A stretch of DNA of 62,638 nt, counting the filler, from Pseudobdellovibrionaceae bacterium (GTDB taxonomy: Bacteria > Bdellovibrionota > Bdellovibrionia > Bdellovibrionales > UBA1609): NCBI GenBank assembly GCA_030591685.1. It is 5 parts of 5 records of this genome, joined end to end, with 100 filler letters (N's around TTAATTAATTAA, not from the genome) between each part and the next. Parts side by side here need not be neighbours in the genome. Positions count along the whole stretch, not along the records: positions 1 to 17,509 come from JAUVAX010000045.1; positions 17,610 to 29,654 come from JAUVAX010000060.1; 3 more parts are not named here. One strand, written 5' to 3'. Under the pieces are notes generated by a model. That model had not been told where the DNA came from and made no database searches. It saw nothing but the letters and a program-made list of their open reading frames with translations. Both the position numbers and the translations under genes were made by a program. Below, piece by piece: positions 10,465 through 20,626 of this stretch; the stretch's first letter is position 1, and every line of letters begins with the position of its first letter.

Positions 10465-11214
10465 ATGGGGAGGGGAAGCTTGTTAAAACAAACTTTTTTA
10501 ATATTTATACTTTGTCTTTCAAGCCTTTCTTGTGGGTTTGAATACGATGAGATCGACAGCGTAAACCCTCTTTTTGAACAAGAGAAGTTGGCGGAGAGTT
10601 CAAAAGTAATTCGATTAACTATAGCCTCTGAAATTGAACCCACTGAAATTGAGCCCACAGTCATTAGAAAAATTGTACAAAAACTGTTTGGTTGGGTCCC
10701 ACTTTTAGGTTACTTGTCGGAGATTCCCTTAAACCTCGCTGTGGCTTTAATGCCAAACCTCCCAGCGTCTGACTTAGCGCAAATCCCTGAAGAGGCCTCT
10801 ATTGATGACCCCGATGTGAGGGGTCTTATAAAGGGTATTTATGTCAGAGAAATATTTTTACAACTGACCCCTAAAGACGAGTTGCCGAAAAAAAGTAAAA
10901 ATAAAAAATGTTTTTTAATCTTTGATTGCAGTGTTAAGAAACTTGATTTTATAGATGAAATAAGAGTCTATGTGGCCCGCAAAGGCTCTAAGAAAAATGG
11001 CATGCTGATTGGTTTTGGTAAAAGCTCTCGTCATATGAGTCAAAAAAAAACAAGGATAGATTTTCAAATTATTCGAGATGTAAACTTAAAGCCCTACTTG
11101 CTTGATATTGAGCACTACGAAATAAGAACTCTTTTTGAAGGCAAACCACCACGAGATAGCCTTTATATACAAGGTGGGGTTGTTTTAGACGCGGATATAA
11201 AAATAGAAATTTAA
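10465..11214 (+). CDS. Hypothetical lipoprotein
   Basis: Hydrophobic N-terminus ending in lipobox-like SLSC. Confidence 0.65.
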   Translation: MGRGSLLKQTFLIFILCLSSLSCGFEYDEIDSVNPLFEQEKLAESSKVIRLTIASEIEPTEIEPTVIRKIVQKLFGWVPLLGYLSEIPLNLAVALMPNLPASDLAQIPEEASIDDPDVRGLIKGIYVREIFLQLTPKDELPKKSKNKKCFLIFDCSVKKLDFIDEIRVYVARKGSKKNGMLIGFGKSSRHMSQKKTRIDFQIIRDVNLKPYLLDIEHYEIRTLFEGKPPRDSLYIQGGVVLDADIKIEI

Positions 11215-11271
11215 ATTTATGTATTTTAAATTCGTTATGCTCACATCAGGCGACGAGGCTCTTTGAGCGAC

Positions 11272-12372
11272 CTAAAAGGTGAGTGTTTTAAAATCTCTTT
11301 TTACATTTTTATTTGTCGTGAGTACGGTAAACGTGATTCGGCCAATCTCTCTTTTGTCAGAGGTTTCAACAATGACCTTCCATAAACCGGGTACATATTG
11401 GTTTTTATAGACATAGCCTCTAAAGCCCTGGTTGCGACCGCCAAGTATTGTCATGGGGATGTTGTCTTGGTTTGTCCATCCAGATTTTTCATTATAAAGC
11501 ATCCACTTAATATTAATCCGCTCTTTAAACTGTGTGGGGGATGTTATTTGCGAGAATATATATATTCTATCCCCCGGTTGGGCGATAAATGTTTGAGCCC
11601 CGGACTCCCAAAACCGCCACCAGGAGCGATCAAAATAAAGCGTATACTGTCCGTTTGATTTTTTTAACGCATGATAAACCCCAATATGCTTTAAAGAAAT
11701 AGGCACCGGGGGCAGAGCATTACTAAAGTATAAAACTATAATTAATATGTGGAGCAAAAAGGTGCTCACTCGTAGGGATCTTAGCTCTGTTGATCCTTTA
11801 AGGCGTCGTTCCCACGCCCAAAGCAAAAGACTGATCATTAAAAAGGACAAAAATAAGGAGAGTAAAAACACCCAAACCCCAATTTTACCGAGTACAACAG
11901 GGACAAAGTAAATCATAAAAGAAATCATACAAAAACAAACTAAAATACCTCTTGTTACAATCCCCTGGCTTTGCACTATTGGGAACTCATTAAGTACGAG
12001 TATCGAGGCTAAAAGAAGCATGAAAACAAGAGAGGTTGAGAGAGAGGCACTTTTAAAATAAAATATAGTAAAGGCGCTGAGTAGGCTGCCGAGTAAAAAG
12101 TGCTCTAAAGAAACCCGCCGCCTCCAAAAAGCTTTAAATTTTGGGTGAATACTTAGGGCTTGAGCTTCATAGAGAAGTTCAAAGTATATGAGGAGAGTTA
12201 CTGAAAATAAAAAAACAGATTGCTGCAACAAATTAATGGCTTTAAATTTATCTAGCATAATGAGGTCAAAAAGAAACCCAACAATAAAAAATAGTGCGGG
12301 AGTGTATTTTTTGTACTTACCATAAGCATTCATGGCATTTTCTTTGTGCAGGGTGAGCTTATCAAAGTTCAT
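11272..12372 (-). CDS. DUF2914-domain membrane protein
   Basis: Multiple TM segments then PPVPISL, GGRNQGFRGY and GLWKVIVETSDKREIGR. Confidence 0.85.
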   Translation of the reverse strand: MNFDKLTLHKENAMNAYGKYKKYTPALFFIVGFLFDLIMLDKFKAINLLQQSVFLFSVTLLIYFELLYEAQALSIHPKFKAFWRRRVSLEHFLLGSLLSAFTIFYFKSASLSTSLVFMLLLASILVLNEFPIVQSQGIVTRGILVCFCMISFMIYFVPVVLGKIGVWVFLLSLFLSFLMISLLLWAWERRLKGSTELRSLRVSTFLLHILIIVLYFSNALPPVPISLKHIGVYHALKKSNGQYTLYFDRSWWRFWESGAQTFIAQPGDRIYIFSQITSPTQFKERINIKWMLYNEKSGWTNQDNIPMTILGGRNQGFRGYVYKNQYVPGLWKVIVETSDKREIGRITFTVLTTNKNVKRDFKTLTF

Positions 12373-12404
12373 GGGTTCCTTGACCTTTTAAGTTTATAAG
12401 GTAG

Positions 12405-12432
12405 GTATCGGCTAATAAAGAGTCTTCATTTA
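12405..12432 (-). promoter_or_regulatory. sigma28/FliA-type promoter
   Basis: Minus strand TAAA-N16-GCCGATAC, 32 nt upstream of the 12372 start. Confidence 0.55.
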
Positions 12433-12474
12433 AACTGTATGAAAGACTACTTGTATCAATAAGATACTAAAAAG

Positions 12475-13071
12475 TTAGTGAGACTGTTGCTTTAGGTAAT
12501 ACTCATAAAGGCACTGACTATACTTAGGGGCCTGATTTTTTATCACGTGACACGTGCTAGTATCATCTGCGTAGTCACTGACGTGCTTGTAGCAATAAAA
12601 ATCTTTTTTAAACACCTTTGAGGTTAAGGCGACTGAGGCGGCCTCGCGATCAATCAAGGGAGCGGTTTTTAATAGTTCAGAGCGGTAGTCTTTTGTAGTT
12701 ACACGCTCAAGGGCTGACACTAAATCAATATGAGAGAGCGTATCATGAGTGGATATTTTTGATGTAGAGCTGGAGTAAAGGGAGCCCTCTTTAAAAACAT
12801 GGCGTATGCTGTGAGTCGTATTAAGAGGGGCTATTTTGGGATCTAAAGAGGCACAAACACCTATGTTAATTATAGAGTCTATGCTCTCATTCACCTGAGT
12901 GCAGGCAATTGTTGTTTTTATTAAACTGTTATCGAGCCCTTCACCTGTAGTTAATATGTAACCTCCATTATAGCTGTATAGGTCAATAATGGGGTTTGAG
13001 GTTTTTTGAGCCCTAAGTTTTGAGTAAAAATACTCGGCCTCACCTTTATGGGCAAATACTAATAAATTCAT
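12475..13071 (-). CDS. Nucleoside phosphorylase / MTA-SAH nucleosidase-like protein
   Basis: AHKGEA, TGEG, INIGVCA, DREA and KHVSDYAD pattern of the PNP/UDP fold. Confidence 0.7.
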   Translation of the reverse strand: MNLLVFAHKGEAEYFYSKLRAQKTSNPIIDLYSYNGGYILTTGEGLDNSLIKTTIACTQVNESIDSIINIGVCASLDPKIAPLNTTHSIRHVFKEGSLYSSSTSKISTHDTLSHIDLVSALERVTTKDYRSELLKTAPLIDREAASVALTSKVFKKDFYCYKHVSDYADDTSTCHVIKNQAPKYSQCLYEYYLKQQSH

Positions 13072-13196
13072 GATTTATTAGTACTTTGTGGCTGTTATAA
13101 TGACAACAATAAAGTAAATATAGGGGGGGGATACAATTTACTTATTAATTTTTTAAAAAAGTTGTGTCAAAAAGGTTTTTTTTATATAAGTGACCT

Positions 13197-13859
13197 ATGA
13201 AAGACCAATTTAGCCCAGACCCATTTGAGCAGTTTAGTATTTGGTACGACAGGCCTTCGAACTCAAAAACCATAAGGTTATTTAAATACTTTACTCGTTT
13301 TATTCAAAAGGCCTTAAGTGTATTTGACCCAGCTTTAAGCCGAGTGAATGACAATGCGTTTATTTTAACAACCTCTAACGAGGAGTTCGGCCCTACAAGT
13401 AGGGTGGTACTTTTAAAGTCATATAGTTTGGGGGGGTTTGTTTTTTTTACAAACTACTCGAGTTTAAAATCAAAGCAGCTTCTAGAAAACCCAAGGGCTC
13501 AAATATTATTTTACTGGAGGTACCCGCTTCGTCAAATACGAATTAAAGGAGTTGTAGAGAAGCTCTCTTTTGAGGAGTCCCGAAAATATTGGAAGACTCG
13601 CCCCCGTGGGAGTCAAATTAGTGCCTTAGCTAGTCATCAGAGCTCTGAGGTGAACTCTAAACAAGCGCTCATTGACAAGGTCAATGAGCTTAAACTTAAG
13701 TATAAAGGTCAAGATATCCCATGCCCTGAGTTTTGGGGGGGGTATTGTTTAGTGCCCACATATTTTGAGTTTTGGCGAGGGCGAGTAAACCGCCTTCATG
13801 ACAGAGTGTTTTACAAAAAAGAGAACAACACATGGAGCAAGGGCGTACTAGCTCCTTAA
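13197..13859 (+). CDS. pdxH: Pyridoxine/pyridoxamine 5'-phosphate oxidase
   Basis: RVVLLK, FFTNYSSLK, RQIRIKG, RPRGSQI, WGGY, EFWRGRVNRLHDR; ends LAP. Confidence 0.93.
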   Translation: MKDQFSPDPFEQFSIWYDRPSNSKTIRLFKYFTRFIQKALSVFDPALSRVNDNAFILTTSNEEFGPTSRVVLLKSYSLGGFVFFTNYSSLKSKQLLENPRAQILFYWRYPLRQIRIKGVVEKLSFEESRKYWKTRPRGSQISALASHQSSEVNSKQALIDKVNELKLKYKGQDIPCPEFWGGYCLVPTYFEFWRGRVNRLHDRVFYKKENNTWSKGVLAP

Positions 13860-13886
13860 AAAAATACCCTTCAAATATGACTAAAG

Positions 13887-16025
13887 CTACATTTTATTAA
13901 CAGTCTGAATACCAATAAGCTCCATTGATTTTTTTAAAGTCACGGATGTGGCTTTACAAAGTGCAAGGCGTGCTAATTTTAAATCCTCTTGTTTCGAGTT
14001 TAAAACAGGGCATTGGCTATAAAAGCTACTAAAGGCTTTAGCGAGGTCGTACATATAGGTACATATTATATGGGGTTCGTACTTAAGGGCTGCTTTTAGG
14101 GCGAGTTTTCTAAAACGAGAAATTTGCATAAGTAGCCTATGCTCAGCGTCCTGAGTAAAAATAGAGAGGTCAGCACCTTGAAGGCTATCCTCTAGCCCTG
14201 AGTCAACGAGCATACTATTAATTCGGGCGTAGGCGTACATCATGTAGGGTCCTGTGTTTCCGCTTCGGGCGGTCCACTCGTCTAAATCAAAGACGATGTT
14301 TTTAGCACTGTCCTGGTTGAGCATGCCGTAGCGTATAGTGGCTAGGGCGATTTTGTGGGCCGTGTCTTCGATGTTTTCAGGGGTCCATTGGCCCTCATAC
14401 TTACTTAAGTATTCACTTTTAATTTTATGAACAAGTTGAGTTTTTAGTTCCGAAAACAAAATGACGTTTCCTTTTCGAGAACTCATTTTACCATCAGGCC
14501 GCTCGACCTTACCGTAGGCTAGGTGGTGGCATTTATCGGCATTTTCAAAACCTAAAAGTTTAAGTGTTGCAAAAATCTGTTGAAAATGAAGCGACTGACC
14601 ATCGTCAACAACATAAATATTTCGATCAATGTTGTATTTTTTAAACTTTGTTTCAGCTAAAGCTAAGTCTTTGGTGGAGTAGAGCCCCGTACCATCTGAC
14701 TTTAAGAGTAATAAAAAAGGTAAATTATAAGAGCTTAAATCAGCGCCCAAGGCCCCTTCTGATTTAACAAGAACCCCTTTTTTATAAAAATCCTTTACGA
14801 TCTCTTTACCTCTATCGCCAATTTCAGATTCAAAGAAATAGTGGTCAAATTGAGCCCCGAGCCAATCATAGATTTCATATAAGTCATCCATGGACCATTT
14901 TTTTGTTTTCTCCCACAATTGTGTTAAGGAATCCTCTTTAGCCTCGAGGGCTTTTAATATACTTGAGACCTCTTGAGTCCGGGTCTGAATTTCTTCAACC
15001 ACTGTTTTTTGGCTTAAAGTAGCATTCTTTAAAGCCAGAACATTAGCCACCTCATCACCCAAAGTAGTTTTTGGAGAAAAAACAAAGATCTTGTTTTTGT
15101 CTTTTGAAAGGCTAAGCTCTTTTTCACTACAAATAACGCCATCACTAGTAACGCCTAATTTATCTATTTTTTTAACTTCTCGTCCTGAGATTTTGACCCC
15201 CACAGGGGCGTAAGGGACAATGTCATTTAGTTCAAACCCATTCCCACCACAGACAACGTGGTGTTCAGATGTACCGGTGTGGATTTTTATAACACTCCAG
15301 TCCTCGTTTTTAGGGTGAGGCTCTATACTTAAAACCTTTGCCGTGATGACTCCAAGGTGTGGGGCTTGAGTGAGAGTTTTAAAATCAAGCATGCTCGTGG
15401 ATTTCACGTACATGTCGCCTAAAAACTCACCGCGGTTTGTTTTAGGCTCATCCCCTTTGTAGTACTTTTTAAAATACCATAAGCAGCGGGCAATATGAGC
15501 CCCAATATCACCTATATAGTTGACGGCTGTGACCTCGTATCCGGCCCATTTATATAACCTAACCAGAGCGTCCCCAAGAGCGACGTTTCTAGTGTGGCCC
15601 ACGTGAAAGGCTTTGTGGGTGTTTGGCTGTGAGTACTCCACCATAACTTGTTCGTTTGTCTTTGTGGCATTTTGAGTCCACTGGCCGTTTAAAGCCTTAG
15701 GTATGATGCTTTCAGCAAGACTTTTTGTTTGATACTTAAAATTAATATAAGGCCCAGCGGTAGTGAGTTCTTTTACTATTTGAGGGTCAATTTTAGATTT
15801 TAGAGAACCCATAAGGTTTTGAGAAATTTTATTTGGTGCTAATTTTAACCCTTTTGCTAATGTAAAACACGGGAACGCGAGGTCACCCATGTTGTCATCT
15901 TTTGGGGTTTCTAAAAGGTTGAGAACCTCTTGTGGTGAGAGCTGACAGCTCAACTCCAGGAGTGAATCTGATAAAATGCTAGCTATGTGATTTTCTTGTG
16001 TCATGGAGCCCTTTTTATAGAACAA
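13887..16025 (-). CDS. argS: Arginine--tRNA ligase with an inserted tRNA-binding OB-fold
   Basis: EYSQPNTHKAFHVGH (HIGH), KSDGTGLYSTKDLA, KMSSRKG, GNTGPYMMYAYARI, DALR-type C-terminus; 712 aa because of an internal insertion of about 105 aa. Confidence 0.95.
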   Translation of the reverse strand: MFYKKGSMTQENHIASILSDSLLELSCQLSPQEVLNLLETPKDDNMGDLAFPCFTLAKGLKLAPNKISQNLMGSLKSKIDPQIVKELTTAGPYINFKYQTKSLAESIIPKALNGQWTQNATKTNEQVMVEYSQPNTHKAFHVGHTRNVALGDALVRLYKWAGYEVTAVNYIGDIGAHIARCLWYFKKYYKGDEPKTNRGEFLGDMYVKSTSMLDFKTLTQAPHLGVITAKVLSIEPHPKNEDWSVIKIHTGTSEHHVVCGGNGFELNDIVPYAPVGVKISGREVKKIDKLGVTSDGVICSEKELSLSKDKNKIFVFSPKTTLGDEVANVLALKNATLSQKTVVEEIQTRTQEVSSILKALEAKEDSLTQLWEKTKKWSMDDLYEIYDWLGAQFDHYFFESEIGDRGKEIVKDFYKKGVLVKSEGALGADLSSYNLPFLLLLKSDGTGLYSTKDLALAETKFKKYNIDRNIYVVDDGQSLHFQQIFATLKLLGFENADKCHHLAYGKVERPDGKMSSRKGNVILFSELKTQLVHKIKSEYLSKYEGQWTPENIEDTAHKIALATIRYGMLNQDSAKNIVFDLDEWTARSGNTGPYMMYAYARINSMLVDSGLEDSLQGADLSIFTQDAEHRLLMQISRFRKLALKAALKYEPHIICTYMYDLAKAFSSFYSQCPVLNSKQEDLKLARLALCKATSVTLKKSMELIGIQTVNKM

Positions 16026-16180
16026 AACTTTAATGTAAAGGTGAATATTAATTGTTCAAATGCCGCGCGTCAACAGGTGTTTGACGTATATCATACCCTT
16101 TAGACTTAAAATTACGAGAACAATTAAGAGGAGTAGTGGGGATGATCTTTTGCTTTCGCCCTCTTTAGAGCCATAATGTA

Positions 16181-17509
16181 TTGGGAGCTAGTTTTTTGAG
16201 AAAAGTATATTACACATTCGCCGTTATTTTTTTATTACTAGTGCTTTTGTATTTAAAGTCATTAGTTTATAAGCCAAGTTTAGTCCCCGAACTTTCTATG
16301 GGGACTTATGAAATCTCAAAAGTACAGGTCCGTCAGGCCCAAGCTAAAAAGTATGTTTCAGCACTGAGAGAATCAATAAAATTTAAAACCATTTCATCAG
16401 GGGTAGACTTTAATAACTCAAAAGAGTTTGAGGCTTTTATTTTATTTTTAAAATCCACTTATCCTTTAGTTTTTAGAACTCTTCAAGTGGACCGGGTCAA
16501 TAAGTACAGTTTACTTTTAAAGTGGACAGGGCTTAATAGAAAAATAAAACCTTATTTGTTTTTAGCACATATGGATGTTGTACCCGTCACTGAGGAAGGT
16601 CAGGCCTCGTGGGTAAGGCCCCCCTTCTCTGGGGACCTTGAAGAGGGTTATATATATGGTCGGGGGGCTTTAGATGATAAGTCGTCATTGATAGCTCTAC
16701 TAAGTGCAGCCGAATATATGATAGAAAACAAAATAGCCCCCTCTAGGGACATTTACTTTGCTTTTGGCCATGACGAAGAGCTTGGCGGACATAATGGGGC
16801 CGCTGAAATCTCAAGGCTTTTAAAAAAAAGAGGAGTAGAGTTTGAAATGGTTCTCGACGAGGGGGGGATGATTAATGATGGCTCCTTTTTTGGGATCAAA
16901 AAAGGTATCGCTCTTATTGGGTTGGCCGAAAAGGGGTTTTGTAATTTTAAACTCTCCGTGACTCAGGCCGGTGGACACTCCTCAACACCGTTAAAACAAA
17001 CATCCATAGATATACTCGCTCAAGCCTTACAAAAAATTAACAACAATCAAATGCCACCCAATATGAGCCCCCTAGTGTTTAATATGATATCTAGTGTGGC
17101 TCAATATAAGGGGCCTATTTCAAAGTTTATAGTGGCCAATTCTTGGGCTTTTAATTCGTTACTACTCGGTCAACTGCAAACAGATAACCTTACAAATGCT
17201 CTTGTTCGAACAACCCTTGCTGCAACAATGATTTCAGGAGGCATCAAGGCCAATGTACTGCCCGCAAAAGCCACTGCAATACTTAATGCAAGGCTTTTGC
17301 CCGGAGACCGCATTGAGGTTGTGAAGTCCTACATTGAGAACGTAATAAATGACATGAGAGTTAAAGTAGAAATTAACACCGATGAAACAGTGAGTGAGGC
17401 GACAAGGGTGAGTGATGTTAAGTCTGAATCATTCAATGCACTACGTGGTGTACTTCACTCAATGGACCCCTCACTTATGGTACTACCCATGTTACTTATG
17501 GGAGCTACG
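16181..17509 (+). CDS. M20 family metallopeptidase (CPS/PM20D1-like), truncated by contig end
   Basis: AHMDVVP, GRGALDDK, HDEE, LDEGG, AEKG, GGHSS; N-terminal TM anchor. Confidence 0.9.
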
Positions 17510-17609
17510 NNNNNNNNNNNNNNNNNNNNNNNNNNNNNNNNNNNNNNNNNNNNTTAATTAATTAANNNNNNNNNNNNNNNNNNNNNNNNNNNNNNNNNNN
17601 NNNNNNNNN
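17510..17609. other. Artificial contig-joining linker
   Basis: 44N + TTAATTAATTAA (stops in all six frames) + 44N. Confidence 0.97.
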
Positions 17610-17709
17610 CTACTCTTTTTTTATAAAAAATAAAAGTGTTAATAACATAAATCTAGGCTTTTATTTAAGCTTTATAAACTCATACTTTTGGGCTTAGCAG
17701 ATTTTAAAG

Positions 17710-19680
17710 TTAGTTATTGTTGTAGAGCATATAGCGTGAGGTTTCATAAAAGCCTTCTGTGAGGGCTTTTAGCTTTTTGTAAACTTGGGGGTGCTCACCT
17801 TTGACGTCCTTCATGGGGGTGTCAGACTTATATAAATAAAGGTCGGTCACACCAGATTGAGTATTGCCTAAGGCATAAAACTGATCGTGTAGCATGCCAA
17901 TTTGTTTAGGCACCGTATGGTACACAAACATAAAGGCACTGCGCTCATAGTTTTTGGCAAATAAATTTCGGCCCATGGCCTTATTTGTGTACTCAAACCC
18001 TGTGAGTCCAAGGGCTGTCACAAGTACATCAGGCTCTGTGGCAATTTTTAAGTTGATTTGGGGTTTAAAGTGTTCAGGGCTGTAAAATAGCAGGGGCACA
18101 TGAAACCTTGATAAATCATGAAGGTTATACCCCTTTGGTATGTGCTCAGCATTTTCATCAGGTAAACCATGGTCGCCGGTGATAATAAAAATGGTGTTTT
18201 CAAAGTATTTTGAATTTTTATTGAGTTCAAAAAAATGACCTAAAGAGTAGTCTTGAAAACGTAAAGAGTTAAACTCATCGTTAGAGACAAACCCGTACTG
18301 GGTTAGCTTTTGATTGTCTATGGTCTCAGTTTTAAACCCTGGGATGTTCTCTGGTATGGTGTAGGGCCTATGAAACCCAGCCGATTGAATGAGTGCAAAA
18401 AAGGGTTTGTCTAAGTTAAGCTTGTTTAAAGACTTATGCGCCTCTTCAAACAAGTGGTAGTCAGAGATCCCCCATACGTCGGTGATGGGAGATTCAAAAT
18501 CACCCTCTTCAAATATTTGAATACCCGGGATACTTGAGGCAATAACTCCGCGAATTTCACCCCAGTTAGCACTGCCCCCTAAAAAATATAATTTATTGTA
18601 CCCTAAAAGGGCCTTAGCAGCAGAATTTTGCTTTGTGATCAGGGGGTTTCGGCTTGAGGTTCGGTAGCTTGTTACGTCCGGTACGCCCGAGACGAGCCCA
18701 AACATTGACCGTGCCGTGCCCTCACTGGGGACATAGTAGTTTGTGAACAAAACTCCCTTTTTTGCAAGCGCATCAAATAAAGGTGTAGGGTTAAGGGGGT
18801 TGTTCATAACTCCTGTTTTGTACGCCGCAAAAGACTCTAGGACAATAACGACAATGTTTGGTTTTTTGCCGTTAAGTGGCGTTTTAATAATAGGTCGAGA
18901 AAACAAGAGGCGGCTTTTGTTTTTATCTAAAACCCCTAGGTAGTCTGAAACTTCAGCGTAATGAGCGGTTACTATTTTTTTATCGTACGCTTTTTTGCTT
19001 ACACTAATGGTATCAATAAAATAATGAGTGGGGTTAAGTGCTAGGGCTGTTATAAACGAGTTATTAGAAAAGAACGCTTCGCTCCAGCGAAGGGGGTATT
19101 TAGAAAACTTACCATAAATCCCAAAAGTAAAAAGTAAGAGGCAAAAAATAACTGAAGTTTTTTTAGCATAGGGGTGTGTGAGCTGATAGGGGCTATTAAG
19201 GGCCCAACGGGTTAAAGTCCTATGAGCGATCGCCGTTAAAAAAAGGCTGGCAACAAAAACCCAAATTATAGGGTACGACTCCCAGAGCATTTGAGCTGAA
19301 ATAAGTGGGTTTTTTAAAAACTGCAAAGCCGTGCTGCTGACCCTTGAATTTAAATAAGAGTAAAACCCAAAGTCTAAAAAATGAATCAAAGTAATTGTAA
19401 AAAAAGCAAACGTATATAATTGCACCCAACGTTTTTTTACTGATTTTTTTGAGGGGGGTAAAAAAACTATCAGCAAAGCTAAGGGGAGTGTGATAAAAAG
19501 TGCCATGCGCATGTCAAATTTTAAGCCCAAGTAAAGGGCTTTAAATAAGTCACTCGTTTTAAACTCTGAGGCTGTGTTTGCAAAAGCTACGGCAAACACA
19601 CCTCTTAACACACACTGATAGGCAAAAAATAAAAAACTAGTTTTAATGAGCGTTCGCGCTGAAGAGGTCATAAAATACAT
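17710..19680 (-). CDS. LTA synthase family / sulfatase-like membrane protein
   Basis: Five N-terminal TM segments, KPNIVVIVLES, GTARS, WGISD, HRPY, TGDHG. Confidence 0.9.
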   Translation of the reverse strand: MYFMTSSARTLIKTSFLFFAYQCVLRGVFAVAFANTASEFKTSDLFKALYLGLKFDMRMALFITLPLALLIVFLPPSKKSVKKRWVQLYTFAFFTITLIHFLDFGFYSYLNSRVSSTALQFLKNPLISAQMLWESYPIIWVFVASLFLTAIAHRTLTRWALNSPYQLTHPYAKKTSVIFCLLLFTFGIYGKFSKYPLRWSEAFFSNNSFITALALNPTHYFIDTISVSKKAYDKKIVTAHYAEVSDYLGVLDKNKSRLLFSRPIIKTPLNGKKPNIVVIVLESFAAYKTGVMNNPLNPTPLFDALAKKGVLFTNYYVPSEGTARSMFGLVSGVPDVTSYRTSSRNPLITKQNSAAKALLGYNKLYFLGGSANWGEIRGVIASSIPGIQIFEEGDFESPITDVWGISDYHLFEEAHKSLNKLNLDKPFFALIQSAGFHRPYTIPENIPGFKTETIDNQKLTQYGFVSNDEFNSLRFQDYSLGHFFELNKNSKYFENTIFIITGDHGLPDENAEHIPKGYNLHDLSRFHVPLLFYSPEHFKPQINLKIATEPDVLVTALGLTGFEYTNKAMGRNLFAKNYERSAFMFVYHTVPKQIGMLHDQFYALGNTQSGVTDLYLYKSDTPMKDVKGEHPQVYKKLKALTEGFYETSRYMLYNNN

Positions 19681-19835
19681 AATGTTGCCTATACTAGTTA
19701 AACCTAATACAGCTGTCCATAATTTATTAACCTACCTCGCAAGAGCATATTAATGATGCGAGACGTTGGCTTAGCTTAATAATAGTGCAGATTTTAAAAT
19801 CTCAGCTTTAATAGCTTTATTAGAGCTAAAAAACA

Positions 19836-20612
19836 TTACGGCGTTTTATTTATATCCCAGTTATACGGGGTGTACTTGAGCTTCCAGTCTGATGATTTTG
19901 ACTTTAATGGGGTGCCTGTAAGGTCCTCCCATACAAATTTGATCACAGTACTGGAGTTTTTAGTAAAATCCTCCTCGAACCAATCAAATATTTTAGACAC
20001 AACAAGGGCGGAGTTTTTTTTATCAACGTAGTTTCGGGTTTTATCTTGTAAAAAGACCTTTTTTTGAGAGGCCAGCTGCTCGTTGAGCTTTTCGCCCGTA
20101 AAGGCTTCCGGCCGCAGTTTAGGGCACCCAATAGAAGCGCAGTTCACAGCAAAATGTATACGGGGTTCGGTATAGTTTTTTCTCAGTAGTTTGTGCTCAA
20201 TATGATCAAGGCTTACTTTTTTATTAAATAATGAAATAAAATCAAGCTTCCAGGGGTTTTGAAAGAAGCCCCCAATTTTTTTAATAGAAGGCACAGGGTA
20301 GTTATCTAAAATTAATTTTACAGTAAATGCATTATAGGCGTTAATTAAAAAGGCAATTTGTCTTTGTTTGGTGGTGCGTTTAAAGTAGGCCTCGTTCATG
20401 TTTGAGAGGCTTTGAAGGTAAATTTCTAAGGGTTTTGTTTTCAGTTTCCAGGATTTATAATTTACAGTTGAGTTGCTGCCGCTATCTGTGACATATTTTT
20501 TTAATTCATTGGTCCATAATTTATGTTCGTGATCAAATTTTATTGTGGGCTTATTTTTTGCAAAACCCGTGAGCAGAAGTATTGAAATAAGTACTAGTAT
20601 AATATTTTTCAT
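19836..20612 (-). CDS. DUF547-domain secreted protein
   Basis: AFLINAYNA, EPRIHFAVNCASIGCPKL, SKIFDWFEEDF, YNWDIN. Confidence 0.92.
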   Translation of the reverse strand: MKNIILVLISILLLTGFAKNKPTIKFDHEHKLWTNELKKYVTDSGSNSTVNYKSWKLKTKPLEIYLQSLSNMNEAYFKRTTKQRQIAFLINAYNAFTVKLILDNYPVPSIKKIGGFFQNPWKLDFISLFNKKVSLDHIEHKLLRKNYTEPRIHFAVNCASIGCPKLRPEAFTGEKLNEQLASQKKVFLQDKTRNYVDKKNSALVVSKIFDWFEEDFTKNSSTVIKFVWEDLTGTPLKSKSSDWKLKYTPYNWDINKTP

Positions 20613-20626
20613 AAGACCCCCTCAGG

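Noticed and set aside
17510..17609. TTAATTAATTAA within N runs, repeated four times
   Set aside because: Identical 100-bp synthetic spacer; not biological. Gene neighbourhoods across it (e.g. nrdJ next to zorA) were not interpreted.
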